Assembly: GCF_006345805.1 (NCBI RefSeq)
Contig: NC_043006.1
Span: forward strand, 91,636,001-91,700,000
Reading direction: 5' to 3'
From: Octopus sinensis
Lineage: Eukaryota
Length of the DNA stretch: 64,000 nucleotides
The translations under genes were made by a program, and so were the position numbers. Position 1 is the first letter of the stretch. Every line of letters begins with the position of its first letter. The notes beneath the pieces were generated by a model. The model worked only from the letters and a program-made list of their open reading frames with translations, was not told the origin of the DNA and did no database searches. This document shows, piece by piece, positions 24,851 through 38,410 of this stretch.

Positions 24851-26011
24851 TAAGTTTTCGAAGTTATACACACACACACACATATATATATATATATTTA
24901 TTTATTTATTTATTTATTTATAGATACATACATACATACATATATATATATATTATATATATATATATATATCTGTATATATATATATATATATACATAC
25001 GAAAACTGGGTGTCCCTGAACTTAAAATATGTAGTCATATAAAAAGAAGTATTAATACACTCACACATGTGTGTGCGTGGGTGGATATACCCAATTTTAA
25101 CAACTCCTGACTTATATAAGTAATAAAGAAAGCGATTCTAAGTAACACTAATTGTCTAATGAGGTTGTACTTATCAAACGTGAATGGGGTATTTTAAAAA
25201 GCTGCCTCTCACTTTCACAACACCAGGTTATATCGGGTTATTCTACAAATATCTACGCACCTTTTATTGAACTTCCAGCTAAATATATCACAGGAAGTGT
25301 ATCGGCATTGGTTTCTGTAACAAAGATGTGTATATGTATCACACACATACACACATTGACGAACACACACACATGTATGTAAGCATGTGTGTGTGTTTTA
25401 TTAGTGAGGGAAGAAAAAGGAAATATCATCAGACCAGACACTTGGCTTGCATGCTTGTAAAAGTGTTCTCTCAAGACTTCCAGAATGAACCCAAACGGCC
25501 GTCTTGTAGTAATAAATCGACTGATGGATTAACTCACCCATCGAACTCTTCGCCGTAAATCGGTTTCTTCTCCTTGTTGAAACCGGCAGAATGAACTTAC
25601 ATGAACCGGTGGAAGCAAGTTATGTCTTGAAGCTGATGTGTCGACATGACTGACATCAGTAAAATTAAGAAATATCAACATCCGACAAACTAGATAATTT
25701 GAATGACTAGGTAGGTGTGGTTGGTGCATAGATAAATCTGCTCTTCTAATTCTCAATGTCGTGACTTTAGGTAATAGTATGTCTCCTTAAAAATATGACA
25801 AGACGACCGTATGCTTACACGTAAGTCTATATACATACAAGTACATATGGCTGCTTGCTGTACCGTCTTTATTATCAATTATGATTAGTTCGTTTATGAA
25901 TGCGTGACAGTAAGCATACTCTCGACGTGCGTAAATATGTTTGGGGAAGGATGAGACGTAGAAAGCATAAAGATATAGAAGATTAGAAAGACAGGAAAAG
26001 AGAGGAAGGAG

Positions 26012-26091
<80 letters not shown>

Positions 26092-26589
26092 AAGACTCGT
26101 CATTTTCTTGATATTGCTACTGGCTTATTTATTTTGTGAAAGTAATTTTGGGGTTTGTTCTCGATTCGAAATCTTGCTTTGCAGTTTTTCCCGGTGTTCT
26201 GACTATTCTACTATTCTGTTAGTTCCCACCATGATTCACAATTTATCAATAGTTCAAACCAGGTGTATACACACACACACACACACACAAATATAGTGGA
26301 AACAATTCATTCAAAAGATGGAATATACTAGAAACTTTATTTATCACAACAATCGTTTCGACACATCTTGCACAGCTCCCTACTTGGGACATACTGTTTC
26401 TACTATACTCAACGTGCGCTATAGAATTCCTCGCGTCGATCCAACGACGATTGTCCAATTTCGGTGGATGACGCTAGGTAGCCATAAACACTGAACGTGC
26501 TTTGCCGGCATACTACTTGGGACATACCCAAAAACGCAGTTTAAATTTTTAGAGTTCTAAATTCAAATCGAAACTTTAATTATAATATA

Positions 26590-26737
<148 letters not shown>

Positions 26738-26789
26738 TAAATTTAAATTTAACCTTTAATCATAACACACATACACACACACATGCCCG

Positions 26790-27060
26790 TTGAATGCTCG
26801 TGGTTCGGCAATTCGAGTCATGATCGCGAGTTCTATTTCTGGCGGTACCTTGTGTCTTTGAGCAAGACACTTTATTTCACATTGCTCCAGTCCACTCAGC
26901 TGGCAAAAATGAGTTTGAAAGGGTCCAGCCTTGTTACATTCTGTGTCACCATGAGTCCCGCTGGGAACTACGTTAAAGGTACATGTGTCTGTGGAGTGTT
27001 CGGCCACTTGCACGTTGATCGGATCAACTGGAAAGCTTGTTGTCGTAACCGACGGACGAA
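26790..27060 (+). mobile_element. SINE-C: tRNA-like head plus a TTGTGTCTTTGAGCAAGACACTT core
   Basis: Degenerate A/B-box head followed by a GTGTCYTTGAGCAAGACACTT motif recalled from conserved SINE central domains. Single copy in the window. Confidence 0.55.
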
Positions 27061-29043
27061 CATTAATTCATATATTCCCAGTTCTAACTCTTCTGAAGAG
27101 TTTAAGGTATCACTGCATTACAAAATCTATCCCCAAAAGTTCTCAAGTCTTGCATTTTATTGAATATTGAGGTGAACTGGCATTATTAGAGTGTTTGACA
27201 GAATGCGTCGTAGTATTCTTCCAACTCAAAACACCCCGAGTTCAAATCATGCAAAAACCAACTTTTACCTTTCCTTCATTTGGGGTCGATCAAAGAATTT
27301 TCCATCTCAGGAGGTGGATTGGCGGAATTCTATGATATTGATATTTGTTCTCGTTCTTTGCATTCGTAATTGAAACCCCACCAAGGCCTAGTTTGGTGGT
27401 AGACTTAATGCGTCAGTCAGTTTAACACTATATCCTGACAAACCGAGATTCGGATCTTCACTGAGCTTTTACTAAAACAAGTTTTTAGATAAGAAGAGCT
27501 TCATGAAATATTACTTAACGTTCAAGAACTGCAAAATCATTTAAAAAAAATTATATTTATGACGAAGAAAATCTAGATCGTCATACTAGGAATTGTGTAA
27601 TGTTTCGTTAGCTAGAACTCTCAATAAGATGGTTTAATCTTTACTCACTGAAGGGTTTTTTTATTGTGTTTTCATTTAGGTAGTTTATATTTCAAAACTC
27701 ATTATTTTGAAAGCTGCGCACAGTAATTTTGCGAGCCCCAGCTTGGCCAGTATACAATGATGGAAACAGAATGAGAGAGAAATGGAAAAAAAAATTCCAT
27801 CGATATTCTGGTTTAACTGATTGTTATCCAATAAAACCGTAAAACAAGGTTCTACCATATTTATTGCTCTCCAGACACTAAGAGCAACGACCATAGAATC
27901 GAACAAGCAATGCATATTATTAGAAAGATTCAATCACGCAATCATCTCAGAATGAATTCCTTACTTAAACCTGTGATGCTTCTCCGCTCCATCCTTTCAA
28001 GTCAAACATCCATATAGTCAGAATTGAGTAATGTTCATTTAGCTTGGAATCTCAATAAGGTGGATTAATCTTTACTCATTGAAGAGTTTTTTTTTAATTG
28101 TGTCTTCAGTTAGGTAGTTCATATTTCAAGTCTTTGCATAACTTGAAGTTATCCTCGATGCCAGTCATCTAAATAGACCAGATCCTTCTCTGTCCTAACT
28201 ATTACTTATAATCTCACGAGACATTGCCACGTCATCTGAATATGATATCACAGGTTAATTCTCTAACTAGAATCTATCCTCCATGTTATGTATAGATACA
28301 AGGAGAGGGTTAGTTGAGCTGGTAAATTCTAAGGTAGAAAAGGATTTGCAGAGTTTAGCTAAAAACTTTAAAGTTTTCATTTCAAACACCCTTTCTTCAG
28401 GACCGACAGATCCTTTCATTGCCCAGAACCAATAAACAGCACTACAAGTCAGCAATCTAGGGACATATCTCAAAACACACGGCAAATTAGAGCCAAGCGA
28501 TCTGATGCCTGCACTAGAAATCATTGTTATTAAGATGATAGCTAACGAAACATTACTCAACTCCGAGTAGTTCAACGTCTTCCGGCGTTGAGTTTTCCTT
28601 CTAATGGATTAATGTATTTTTCTTTGACATACCCTTTTGTTATCAGAAGGGCTAATCCAAAATATCCGAAACGTGTTCCAATTATTCGCGTTTGCAACCG
28701 AGCCCTAACAGATTCACTAAATTTAATATTGCATCTGCTTAGAGCGTCATTTACATGGAAAATATGTGTTCTTGGCAAAATTCTTACAACACGATGAAGC
28801 ATTGTCACTTGATTTATGTCGTTCAAAAGTGTTTCTATACAACTTCATGAGACATAATAGTTTTAGGTGAGGACACGATGTGAGACAGTGACTGGTGATG
28901 AATTTGTTAGTGCCACAGTTTTGGGAAATCTCTATTTTATTCCACTTTCCTGGCGAGTGTCAAATTAGAAAATATAATTCTGATGAAACTAAAGTATTCC
29001 GACGAGATTTTTTCTTAATTTCATATGCTTATTTATATATATA

Positions 29044-29082
<39 letters not shown>

Positions 29083-29699
29083 CAGGAAAACACCCAATGC
29101 GTTTATAATTCAAAGTCATGTTCATTACTAATATACATTTTATCAAAGATAACATGTCCCCAGCTTAATTACTAAAAACATATTGTAATCATGTTGTTAT
29201 CTATTGTCTTCGTCTTACGCCCTCGATAGACTAAATTACTTTATAATTGCACAATCCGTCTCGAGTCTGAAACAGATATCATGCGGATGTGCTGGTCATC
29301 CCCGACACATATTATTTACAAACGCATTGTTAGTTTCATGGACAGAAATGAAATAATCATTTTCAAGCAAGTAAAAGATTGTTTGGCGCCCAGTGTAAGG
29401 AAATGCAGAGACTTTGCAATTTCGTTGTTTTGGTAACCATTCACTTATCGTGCCATTCAATATGTCCATATGCAGCACTTCTTTAAAAGTTTCTTTCCCT
29501 CTGGAAAAATTTGACAGAAAATGTGGACTGCAGAACTAAAATTCCCAACTCATTAAATGATGCGATGTTCTAGAAATAGCAGTTAAGCATATATACACTC
29601 CATAATCTTTCCAATCCATCGTACAATGTAGTCTGGGTTACATCAATCAACGCGCGCGCGCACACACACACACATGCATATGTATATATATATATATAT

Positions 29700-29816
29700 A
29701 TCACAATCAAGGAACGGCCATAATAGGCCATTCACCCACTAGAAATAACAGCCAAAATAACAGGCTGTTATTTCTAGTGGGTGAATGGCCTATTATGGCC
29801 GTTCCTTGATTGTGAT
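29700..29816. repeat. Perfect 54-bp inverted repeat with a 9-nt loop
   Basis: 29700-29753 is the exact reverse complement of 29763-29816; loop AAAATAACA. Confidence 0.95.
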
Positions 29817-30120
29817 GTTGAACTTAAAAATGGTCTATGACTATTTAATTTTTTCCCACTAGGCCGCTGGTGGCAAAAAAATTCTACAAAATTTTTTGCC
29901 ACCCTGAAACAAGTAAAAGAGTAAAAGAGTATATATATATAGTCAATCCGCCCCCCCCAAAAAAAAACGAAGAAAAAAACAAGAAAAAGCAACAACGCGC
30001 GCAGAGGTACGTGCAAAGTATTAAAAGAGGGAGGGAAAAAGAGTGTTTTACGTTTCGAGCAAAGCTCTTCCAAGAGAAAAGGAAGATATATGTATGTATA
30101 TGTATATATATATATATATC

Positions 30121-30228
<108 letters not shown>

Positions 30229-30411
30229 ATATATATATATTGATAAAAACGGTAAGATAACAAAAGAAAGAAAGAGACCTCGATATTATGTAAATAGAGG
30301 AATTTATCTGTAAAGTTAATATGTGACAAGATGGCGGCGTGGATTTCCACCTCGGCATCCGAAACTTGGAGTTTTATCTTGGCTACCGAATAATTGTCAC
30401 ATATTACCTTT

Positions 30412-30474
<63 letters not shown>

Positions 30475-30475
30475 A

Positions 30476-30780
30476 CTTATAAATAGGGGCAAAAGAAAAA
30501 ATTCTTATTCCAAATATAGCTTTGCGTATGCTTGTTTCGTGTGTGCAGGTAAGTATTTCATTTATTTCTTATCGTATTTACCGCTGATGACGAGAGAATT
30601 CTTTATGAATTAACTTAGAAATCGGGACGATTCAGTGATAACGGAATATTTTAGAATTTTCTGTCAGCGTGCTTCGAAATGCGTGCTTTTAGTGATGAAT
30701 TATATGTCATTATATAACGATTTAAAATCTATTTCTCGGAATTTTGGCATAAGAATTTTTCTTTTGCCCTTATTTATAAG
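30476..30780. mobile_element. MITE-like element with about 38-bp imperfect TIRs
   Basis: CTTATAAATAGGGGCAAAAGAAAAAATTCTTATTCCAAA (30476-30514) matches the reverse complement of 30743-30780. No clear TSD. Confidence 0.55.
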
Positions 30781-32109
30781 ATGTTTGTAATTTTCACCTT
30801 AAAAGATATTTTGTAAATATGCTGACCAGTGATAAAAGGTACCGTGTAATGTGACTGAACCCAAAACCATATGGTTGCAACTAAGGCTTCTTAACCACAC
30901 AGTCTCCACCTGCAGATGTGCAGGTTCTTAACTTTGTAGAGTGAAAATAATTTCTACAAAAAAGAAAGCTTCGAGTTTTAAGTGTTAAATGGTAGCAAAT
31001 TTGTAAAGTAGTAAACTCTAACAGTAAACACAGAAACAACAACAGCAAGAACAACGTTAGCATCGCTAATTCAACGAAAATTGTTTGAAAACAATGATTT
31101 GAAAAACATGCTAATTTTTTTTTATTGGCCACGTTTAAATATATAATCACTATATATAAAGTGTGAAATAGAAAAAAAAATCGAAAAGAATTGTTGTTGT
31201 TTTGTAAAATAGCAGCAGGAAGATTAAATTTATTGATTTTAACTTTCGTAGATAACTGACTGAAAAGAAACTCAAAATTTTCCGAGTTCTAGTGACTGTA
31301 ATATTGCCTACGTGAAAATGGTGCAATTGTGGACAAATTTGCGTGAAACGAGGGGAAAAAGTTGTTTAGAATAGGCACAAGCTGAAGGTTAACCAATTCC
31401 ATGTCATAATTTCCCACAGTTTAATCGCTGTTTACCTGAAATGATATCATAAACTTTGTTCGTCCTTCTTTTACACACTGAACCTTGTGATATTAATAAC
31501 GTGCAGATACAATTTCTATAAGTAATTTCCAGAATGGAAATTTAGATTTTAGTTTACATGCGACCAAAGTGCCCCCCCCCCACCAGAATGAACAAATACC
31601 AGTAATATACTGTGTATATCACCAGTATGAAGATTCTATATTTAGCCTGATGTCCTTAAGATTAGTTTACACATAATCAGGTTTGACTATCTGTATGTTT
31701 TCTTCTTAAGATTTTCCATCTTTTAGTTAGGAGGGAAGGCTGGGCTGATGATTCTTTATAGAACTTCTGGGATTTGTGGAAATGAAGAAACTGGTGACAT
31801 GGCTCAAATGCTTAAAACGGAATGGACTTCGCTAAAGGTATCCAAAGATGTCAAGTGGTGGTGTTACTCTGAGCACGGAATAAGGTTTACCACCGAAGCA
31901 GACCAATGATGGGATTTGCACTTAGAACACAAAGGGCCAGAACAACCATCACCAGCAAATTTGGCTTCGACAATATTTGATCTCAGAGCCTACAGATTCA
32001 GGAAGAAATTCAGCAATGCATGGCAACCGTTGCACCCGTTGCACCCGTTGCACCCGTTTCTCTAATGATTTCACCATTTCGTTGTTTCATTCAACTTACT
32101 TTGATTAAT

Positions 32110-32305
32110 CATGGTTTCAAATTTTGGTACAAGGCTAGCAATTTCGAGTCAGGTAGTAAGTCAACTGTTACTTACTTCGTAGACCGCGAAAGTATTGAAA
32201 GATAAAGTTGATCTCGGCATTATTTGACCTCAGAACATGCAGACGGATGAAATACCGCTAAGCATTTTGACCAGCGTCCTAACGATTCTGCCAGCTCGCC
32301 AGCCT
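32110..32305 (-). mobile_element. SINE-B, alternative-tail subfamily
   Basis: Head GCTGGCAGAATCGTTAG, decayed core, tail CTAGCCTTGTACCAAAATTTGAAACC. Confidence 0.75.
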
Positions 32306-33223
32306 ATACTTCAATTAATAATAAATCCCCTCAGTCACTCTCCAACATTGACTTGTCTTCCTCTCAGCCACCCAACAATAAACTTCTATTGTAGAAATGT
32401 CTTCTGCTCTGACGCATAATTATAATAACATCTTGGATTTCTTTCTTAAATTCTGTGAAATACGAAATTTCCTCCCCACGTAGAGTCACTCCGTATCATA
32501 AGGCAGCTCCGCACTCCAACAAGCTTACACCATTGAAAGCGTCTCATCTACCATAAACACACACTCCCTATCATATTCCTCTTCTCTTCTGTCTTATACC
32601 CTAACTTTACCTTTCCATCAATCCCCTGCAGCGTTTATTTTTTCTCATTGAAGCGCCATCTTTTATTCTAAACCTTTCACTTTTTCAAAATAAACAAGAT
32701 CGGATATGATTCTTTCCTTTCTGTGATACTTAGCTCTTCCTCATTCCATTTTGAACGGTTTACTTGCCCTTCATCTCGAACAGAAATTTATAACTAATTC
32801 TAAAGCTTAATTCCATTTCTCTGATCATTTTTGATTGCACAAACACCGAAGTCGTATCGAGTGTAAGCGTTGTTATTACGTAAAGATGAATGAAATGGAC
32901 GCCGGTCAGACGACAGTTTCGCTGATCACCGAATAAACACCACCGGCCCGATTACTTGGTCCTTATTCCAATACAATCAACTGATCAACAAACCCAAGCT
33001 GACCATTTTAATAAGTCGCGACATTCATCTCACTGTGTATGGAGTCATCAAACATCACCGTTGAACGTTTTACCCGAAATCATAAAGAGAAAAAATATTA
33101 CTCTAAGCTCTCATTTGCTCACAGATATTAATGAACGTTTCGCAGCCTCGTTTTCAGCTCTTGTTGTTTTCTTATTATCCATTTCCTGCTTTGTAATGGC
33201 TGATCTTAGTGTCTCCCCGCTTA

Positions 33224-33308
33224 TCTTCTTCTTCTTCTCTTCTTCTTCTTCTTCTTCTTCTTCTTCTTCTTCTTCTTCTTCTTCTTCTTCTTCTTCTTCT
33301 TCTTCTTC
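33224..33308. repeat. (TCT)n microsatellite
   Basis: Read directly; it accounts for the poly-S/E/L ORFs. Confidence 0.95.
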
Positions 33309-33742
33309 AGGACTGTGGATATGTGCGTGGCCCTGGACCGGAATTGATCCACAAACATTTCGCAAATGACGTCTTTTGTATGTTTGGGGCTGCCTTAAGT
33401 CTTCGAAGTATCTTAAGAAGTTGAATGCGAGTTAAGGGGGATTTGGCTGTTGTTTCCAGCAAGTGAAGCAACGTCTTGAACTTAGCCGTATCTAGCTAAA
33501 TGTGTTGTGTGTGTTTGTGTGTGTGTGCTTATGTGTATAGATATATATATATATATATGTGTGCATGTGTATGTGTTTATGTGAGTGCATATATATATAT
33601 TTTTTTATGTGTGCGTGCAGAAAATAAGTTCCATGTACATTCACCGAGCACCGACAAAGTTTTATATTTATGTTGCATATAAACATAAAATTTATTTCTA
33701 TTTTCTGCTTTTCCCCATATTTCTATCACACACACACACACA

Positions 33743-33790
<48 letters not shown>

Positions 33791-35098
33791 ACACACACAG
33801 ACACACACACCATAAGCTTTACTATTTCACCTCATATCATCAATAACAATTACAGTTATCAGACAATAAAAGTAAAAAATCACACAAAATAAGGCGAAGG
33901 AGATACGTAAAGTTTTATATAAATACTCAGTAGAAGAGATAAATATGTATATTTCTATATGTATATATAAATATACACACACACATATTTTTGTGAGCGT
34001 GTTTTTATACAAATGTGTTTATATACATATATGTTTATATACATATATGTTTATATATGTGCGTGTGTGTGAGTGTGTTATACGTGTGTATCTATATACA
34101 CACGTACACACACGCACATATAGAAAAAAGTGGTAAAATGTAAGTTGGAATAAAGGAAAAACTTCGGTGTCAGATATTCCCTTGCTGAGGCTTATTTCTG
34201 TGATAGATGTAATAAAACAGCCGTAAAAAAGCATCTTTACTTTCAGAAGTCAAATGTCTGCTCTTTTCCAGTGTTTTGAGTATAAAAAAGATCCTAAAAT
34301 GGTTACGACTCTGAGAACATTGTCTCGTTTAGGAATAGGTATTGTCAAATAAAAGAAATCAGTGATTAATACTCAGATGTGAAATATCACTTTATTCTTG
34401 TAAGCACACTTGCTTTCGAACAATAAATTTTGAGAAAGACGACGTGATATAAAGCAAAATAGTAGACAGTGAGTACTAAAACAATTTGTCGTAGAAAACA
34501 GCATTAAAAACAATGGTTGCAACGGCTGGAAACTGCTTTCAGTGAGTAAAGAACGTCAGACAATAATAGTTTGGAAGAATGGCGCTACTGATAATGGTGG
34601 TGATAATTTTGATGAATAGGTGATGGAAGAGAAAGCAAACAGGAAGACTGACGAAAGCATCGATTATGCTTAAAACAACGAGTTAATTTCTATTGACTAG
34701 ATCAATAACGAAAACAAATTGGAAATTGTGATAAAATATATTCAGAGTTACAGGATTTATTTATGAGGAACTTCAATGAGATAATTAAAGTATATAAATA
34801 AGTAAAAACACTGGCGTAAAAATTGTAATAGGGAATGATAATGAAGCATGTATTTTAATTAGATCATAGGTAAAGTGAAGGTGTGATATTGCAGTGAAGG
34901 TGTGTGTTGTAATGTGAAGAATACTTATTTCTGAAATGGAACGGCGTGCAACACCGAATCAATAGAAAGAACCAAAGAAGGAAATCTTTTAAAAAAAGAG
35001 AAGAAGGAATGAGCTGAAAATAGAGGACGGGCGGCGAGACATCGTTCAAAGAAACAAACTTTGGTCCGCATTCATACTTCAAAATAGTCTATTTTTCT

Positions 35099-35965
35099 TT
35101 TTACTTGTTTCATTCATTGGACTGTGGCCATGCTGGAGTACCGCACTGAAGAGTTTTAGTCAAACAAATAAAAATCACAAATTGTTTTTTTTAAAGTCTG
35201 CTATTTATTCTGTCGGTTACTTTTGTTGAACCGTTATGTAATGGGGGAGGGACTTAAACAAACCAATACCTATTTCTTTATTACCCACAAGGGGCTAAAC
35301 ACAGAGAGGACAAACAGGGACAGACAAACGGATTAAGTCGATTATATCGACCCCAGTGCGTAACTGGTACTTATTTAATCGACCCCGGAAGGATGAAAGG
35401 CAAAGTCGACCTCGGCGGAATTTAAACTCAGAACGTAACGGCAGACGAAATACGGCTACGCATTTCGCCCGGCGTGCTAACGTTTCTGCCAGCTCGCCGC
35501 CAATACCGGTTGCCAGGCAGTGAAGGAGGCAAACACAAAATCACACAGACATACACGCGTGCATACACACACACACACACACACATACAGACAGACGGAC
35601 ACACGCACACACACACACAAACACACACACACAGACACGCACACAGACACGCACACTCACACAGACACACAGACAGACTGACAGACATACACGCATTTAT
35701 AGCTTTCTTTCATTTCTCTTTTCTTGAACGTGTCAGTCATTAAACTGCGACCATACTGGGGCACCACCTTGGAGAATTGTCTTTGGTCGAACAAATCGAC
35801 CCCAGCACTTGGCTTTTTAAAGTTTCCTACTTATTCTATCAGCTTCTTTTGCCGAATCGTTAAGTTACGGGGATGTAAATACATTGACATCGGTTGTTAA
35901 GCGGTGATGGGGTACAAACACAAAGACCCACGCACACATAAGCACAAAGAGACTCATACATAAAT

Positions 35966-35997
<32 letters not shown>

Positions 35998-36030
35998 GAG
36001 GGGCTTCTTTCAGTTTCTGTCAACCAAATC
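35099..36030 (-). mobile_element. Cluster of two diverged SINE-A copies; the first is interrupted by a SINE-B
   Basis: Reverse-complement tails start near 35099 and 35705; SINE-A body sequence resumes at 35501 after the SINE-B. Confidence 0.75.
35271..35500 (-). mobile_element. Full-length SINE-B (reference copy) inserted in SINE-A, 7-8 bp TSD
   Basis: Sense GGCGGCGAGCTGGCAGAAACG (A-box-like)..GAGTTTAAATTCC (B-box-like)..core..TTTGTCTGTCCCTGTTTGTCCTCTCT..AATAAAGAAATA. CCAATACC lies at 35263-35270 and 35500-35507. Confidence 0.92.
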
Positions 36031-36886
36031 CGCTTGCATGGCTTTGTGTGAATGCGTGTATGTGTGTGTGGTTATGGTGGTGGTGGTGGTGGTGGTGTGT
36101 GTGTGTGTGTGTGTGTGTGCGCGTGTGTGTGTGTGTGCGTGTGTGTGTGAGATTATGCACAGTTCCCGTCTTCGAAGGTCACTCCTAATGCATTAATGGC
36201 ACGGCGCTGAAGTAGGAGACATTTGCCCAAGCTACTTTGCCGTAGGATTGAACTTGAAACCATGTCATTGTAAAGCAAACTTCTTAACCACACAGCCTTG
36301 CCTGTATGGGAAATCTTTAAAAATCCGTTCCATAAAAAAACCCCTTTCATTTCTTAAGAACAAAACAATAATTTAACCTGCGTTGCAGTGGTGAAGTTCG
36401 TCGTAACATAAAATTGGAATTAATTTTCTTATATTACTATATTCGCTTCATAGATTTTTAAGCAATTCCAGTTTGTCCCGACCACTGGAAAGGTTTTCTT
36501 CCCTGCCCTAGACATGCAGGAAGTGAGATTTCACATCGACTCAACAATTTAGCTTTTCATTAGAAAGCAGGTCTAATGTCGTAGAACGTGCGGGCGTTTT
36601 ATTAAACTGCAGTGTTTATTTCGACAACTGTGAATGTAATTAATGGGGTACCAGTTCGATTATGAATAGATTACTATTTGGATCCATATTGCCATGTATG
36701 GGACATTGTTTTGAAATTGAGTTCATAATGGATTTTAGGCACCTTCGAATGATGATCGAACTGATTGGTTTCATTCTTAATTAATTACTCATTAGGATTC
36801 GCAGACCTCCAACACTTTGTGAGGATAAAATAATGTAAGACTAATTATTAACATGTAAACAAAATTGTGCTCATTTACCTAATACC

Positions 36887-37052
36887 TATTTCTTTACTAC
36901 CCCACAGGGGGCTAAACACAGAGAGGACAAATAAGGACAGGCAAACGGATTAAGTCGATTATATCGACCCCGAAAGGATGAAAGGCAAAATCGACATCGG
37001 CGGAATTTGAACTTAGAACGTAGCAGCAGACGAAATACCGTTAAGCATCTCG
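36887..37052 (-). mobile_element. 5'-truncated SINE-B, 12-bp TSD
   Basis: TTACCTAATACC at 36875-36886 and 37058-37069. Confidence 0.85.
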
Positions 37053-37739
37053 TATTATTACCTAATACCATTTGTACGTTATTACCTAATACCATAATAC
37101 GTTCCCGTACAGTATGTGCTAGTAATAATACTGTAGTACTTATGTAGCTAAACCTTTTATCTATAAGCCTCCCTAGACTAAACAATTCAAAACCGACTTC
37201 GCTTTCAAAAGTGACCGTTTTGCTAATGGACTTAATTAAACTGTTAGGTCAAACCAATGACGCTGAAGATTTTAAATCTATAGTTTAAGTCAAAGGGGAA
37301 AAGGGAGAAGAGCGGGATTGTTAAATGGAAGACAACGTGGTACACAATGCGACTGACAAACAGTCGCTCACTCTACTGAAAATGAAGAGAAAAACGTTCA
37401 CAAGTCACACCTTACAGTCGTAAATCAAAGCTAATTCCAATAATATAGTTCCTGGTAAACAAATGACGAAATGGCCATGACTGGAAGGGCTTTCTTCATA
37501 GACTTGTTAGACTACGACTAATCAGGAAAAGTAAGGAGAAGTATATTCATTTACAGTGGTCTTATTTCTTCTACAATAATTTGTTGTTGATACATAAAAT
37601 AATATTACAATTTCAAAGATTTCCAGAAGAAAATCGCTCCGAAACGAATTCTGACGGTAACGAATCTGTAATGACCTACATTTAACCACTTAGTTGTGTA
37701 TCGTAAATATTGATTCATATTACAAAATGAATAAATATC

Positions 37740-37907
37740 TGTTTCTTTATTACCCACAAGGGGCTAAACATAGAGGGGACAAACAAGGACAGACAAACGG
37801 ATTAACTCGATTACATCGACCCCAGTGCGTAACTAGTACTTAATTTATCGACCCCAAAAGGATGAAAGGCAAAGTCGACCTCAGCAGAATTTGAACTCAC
37901 AACGTAC
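37740..37907 (-). mobile_element. 5'-truncated SINE-B, 21-bp TSD
   Basis: ATTACAAAATGAATAAATATC at 37719-37739 and 37908-37928. Confidence 0.92.
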
Positions 37908-38004
37908 ATTACAAAATGAATAAATATCACGTGTCCATTAATCGCCAAGAATTTATTATATTTCAGTTCCCGGTTTCGCAGTTTCGAGTTTCACCAGCAA
38001 CTTT

Positions 38005-38410
38005 TATCTTTTATCTTTTACTTGTTTCAGTCATTCGACTGAGGCCATGCTGGGGCACAACCCTGAAGAAGTTTTACTCGAATGAATCAGGTCGCAGTTT
38101 CAGGACTTATTTCTTTTAAAACCCGATACTTATCCTACCGAACTCTTTTACCGATCTACTAAGTTACAGGGATCTAAACACCAATACCGGTTGTCAAGCG
38201 GCGGTGGCGAACAAACAGGCACAAAACATCCCCACACATATATGCATACGACGGGCTTCCTTCAGTTTTCGCCTGCAAAATCCACACACAGGAATTTGGC
38301 CGACTGAAAGCTATCGCAGGGGATACTTGCGCAAGGTGCTACGCAGTTGGACTGAACTTGGAACCATGTAATTGGGAAACAAACCTCTGATCATAAGACT
38401 TACACAGCAA
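38005..38410 (-). mobile_element. Diverged SINE-A
   Basis: Reverse-complement tail (TTACTTGTTTCAGTCATT..GCCATGCTGG), body and decayed head. Confidence 0.8.

Noticed and set aside
25525-25650. Two consensus minus-strand donors (CAT|GTAAGT, TGG|GTGAGT) suggesting a small exon
   Set aside because: No frame gives a recognisable peptide and the acceptor is weak.
26380-26527. 15-bp direct repeat CTACTTGGGACATAC around 118 bp, a possible TSD
   Set aside because: The enclosed sequence has no tail, TIR or second copy in the window; it may be an internal repeat of a decayed DNA transposon.
32025-32058. Short 9-bp tandem repeat (CCGTTGCAC)x3 as a CRISPR-like or coding repeat
   Set aside because: No spacers, eukaryotic context; ordinary slippage.
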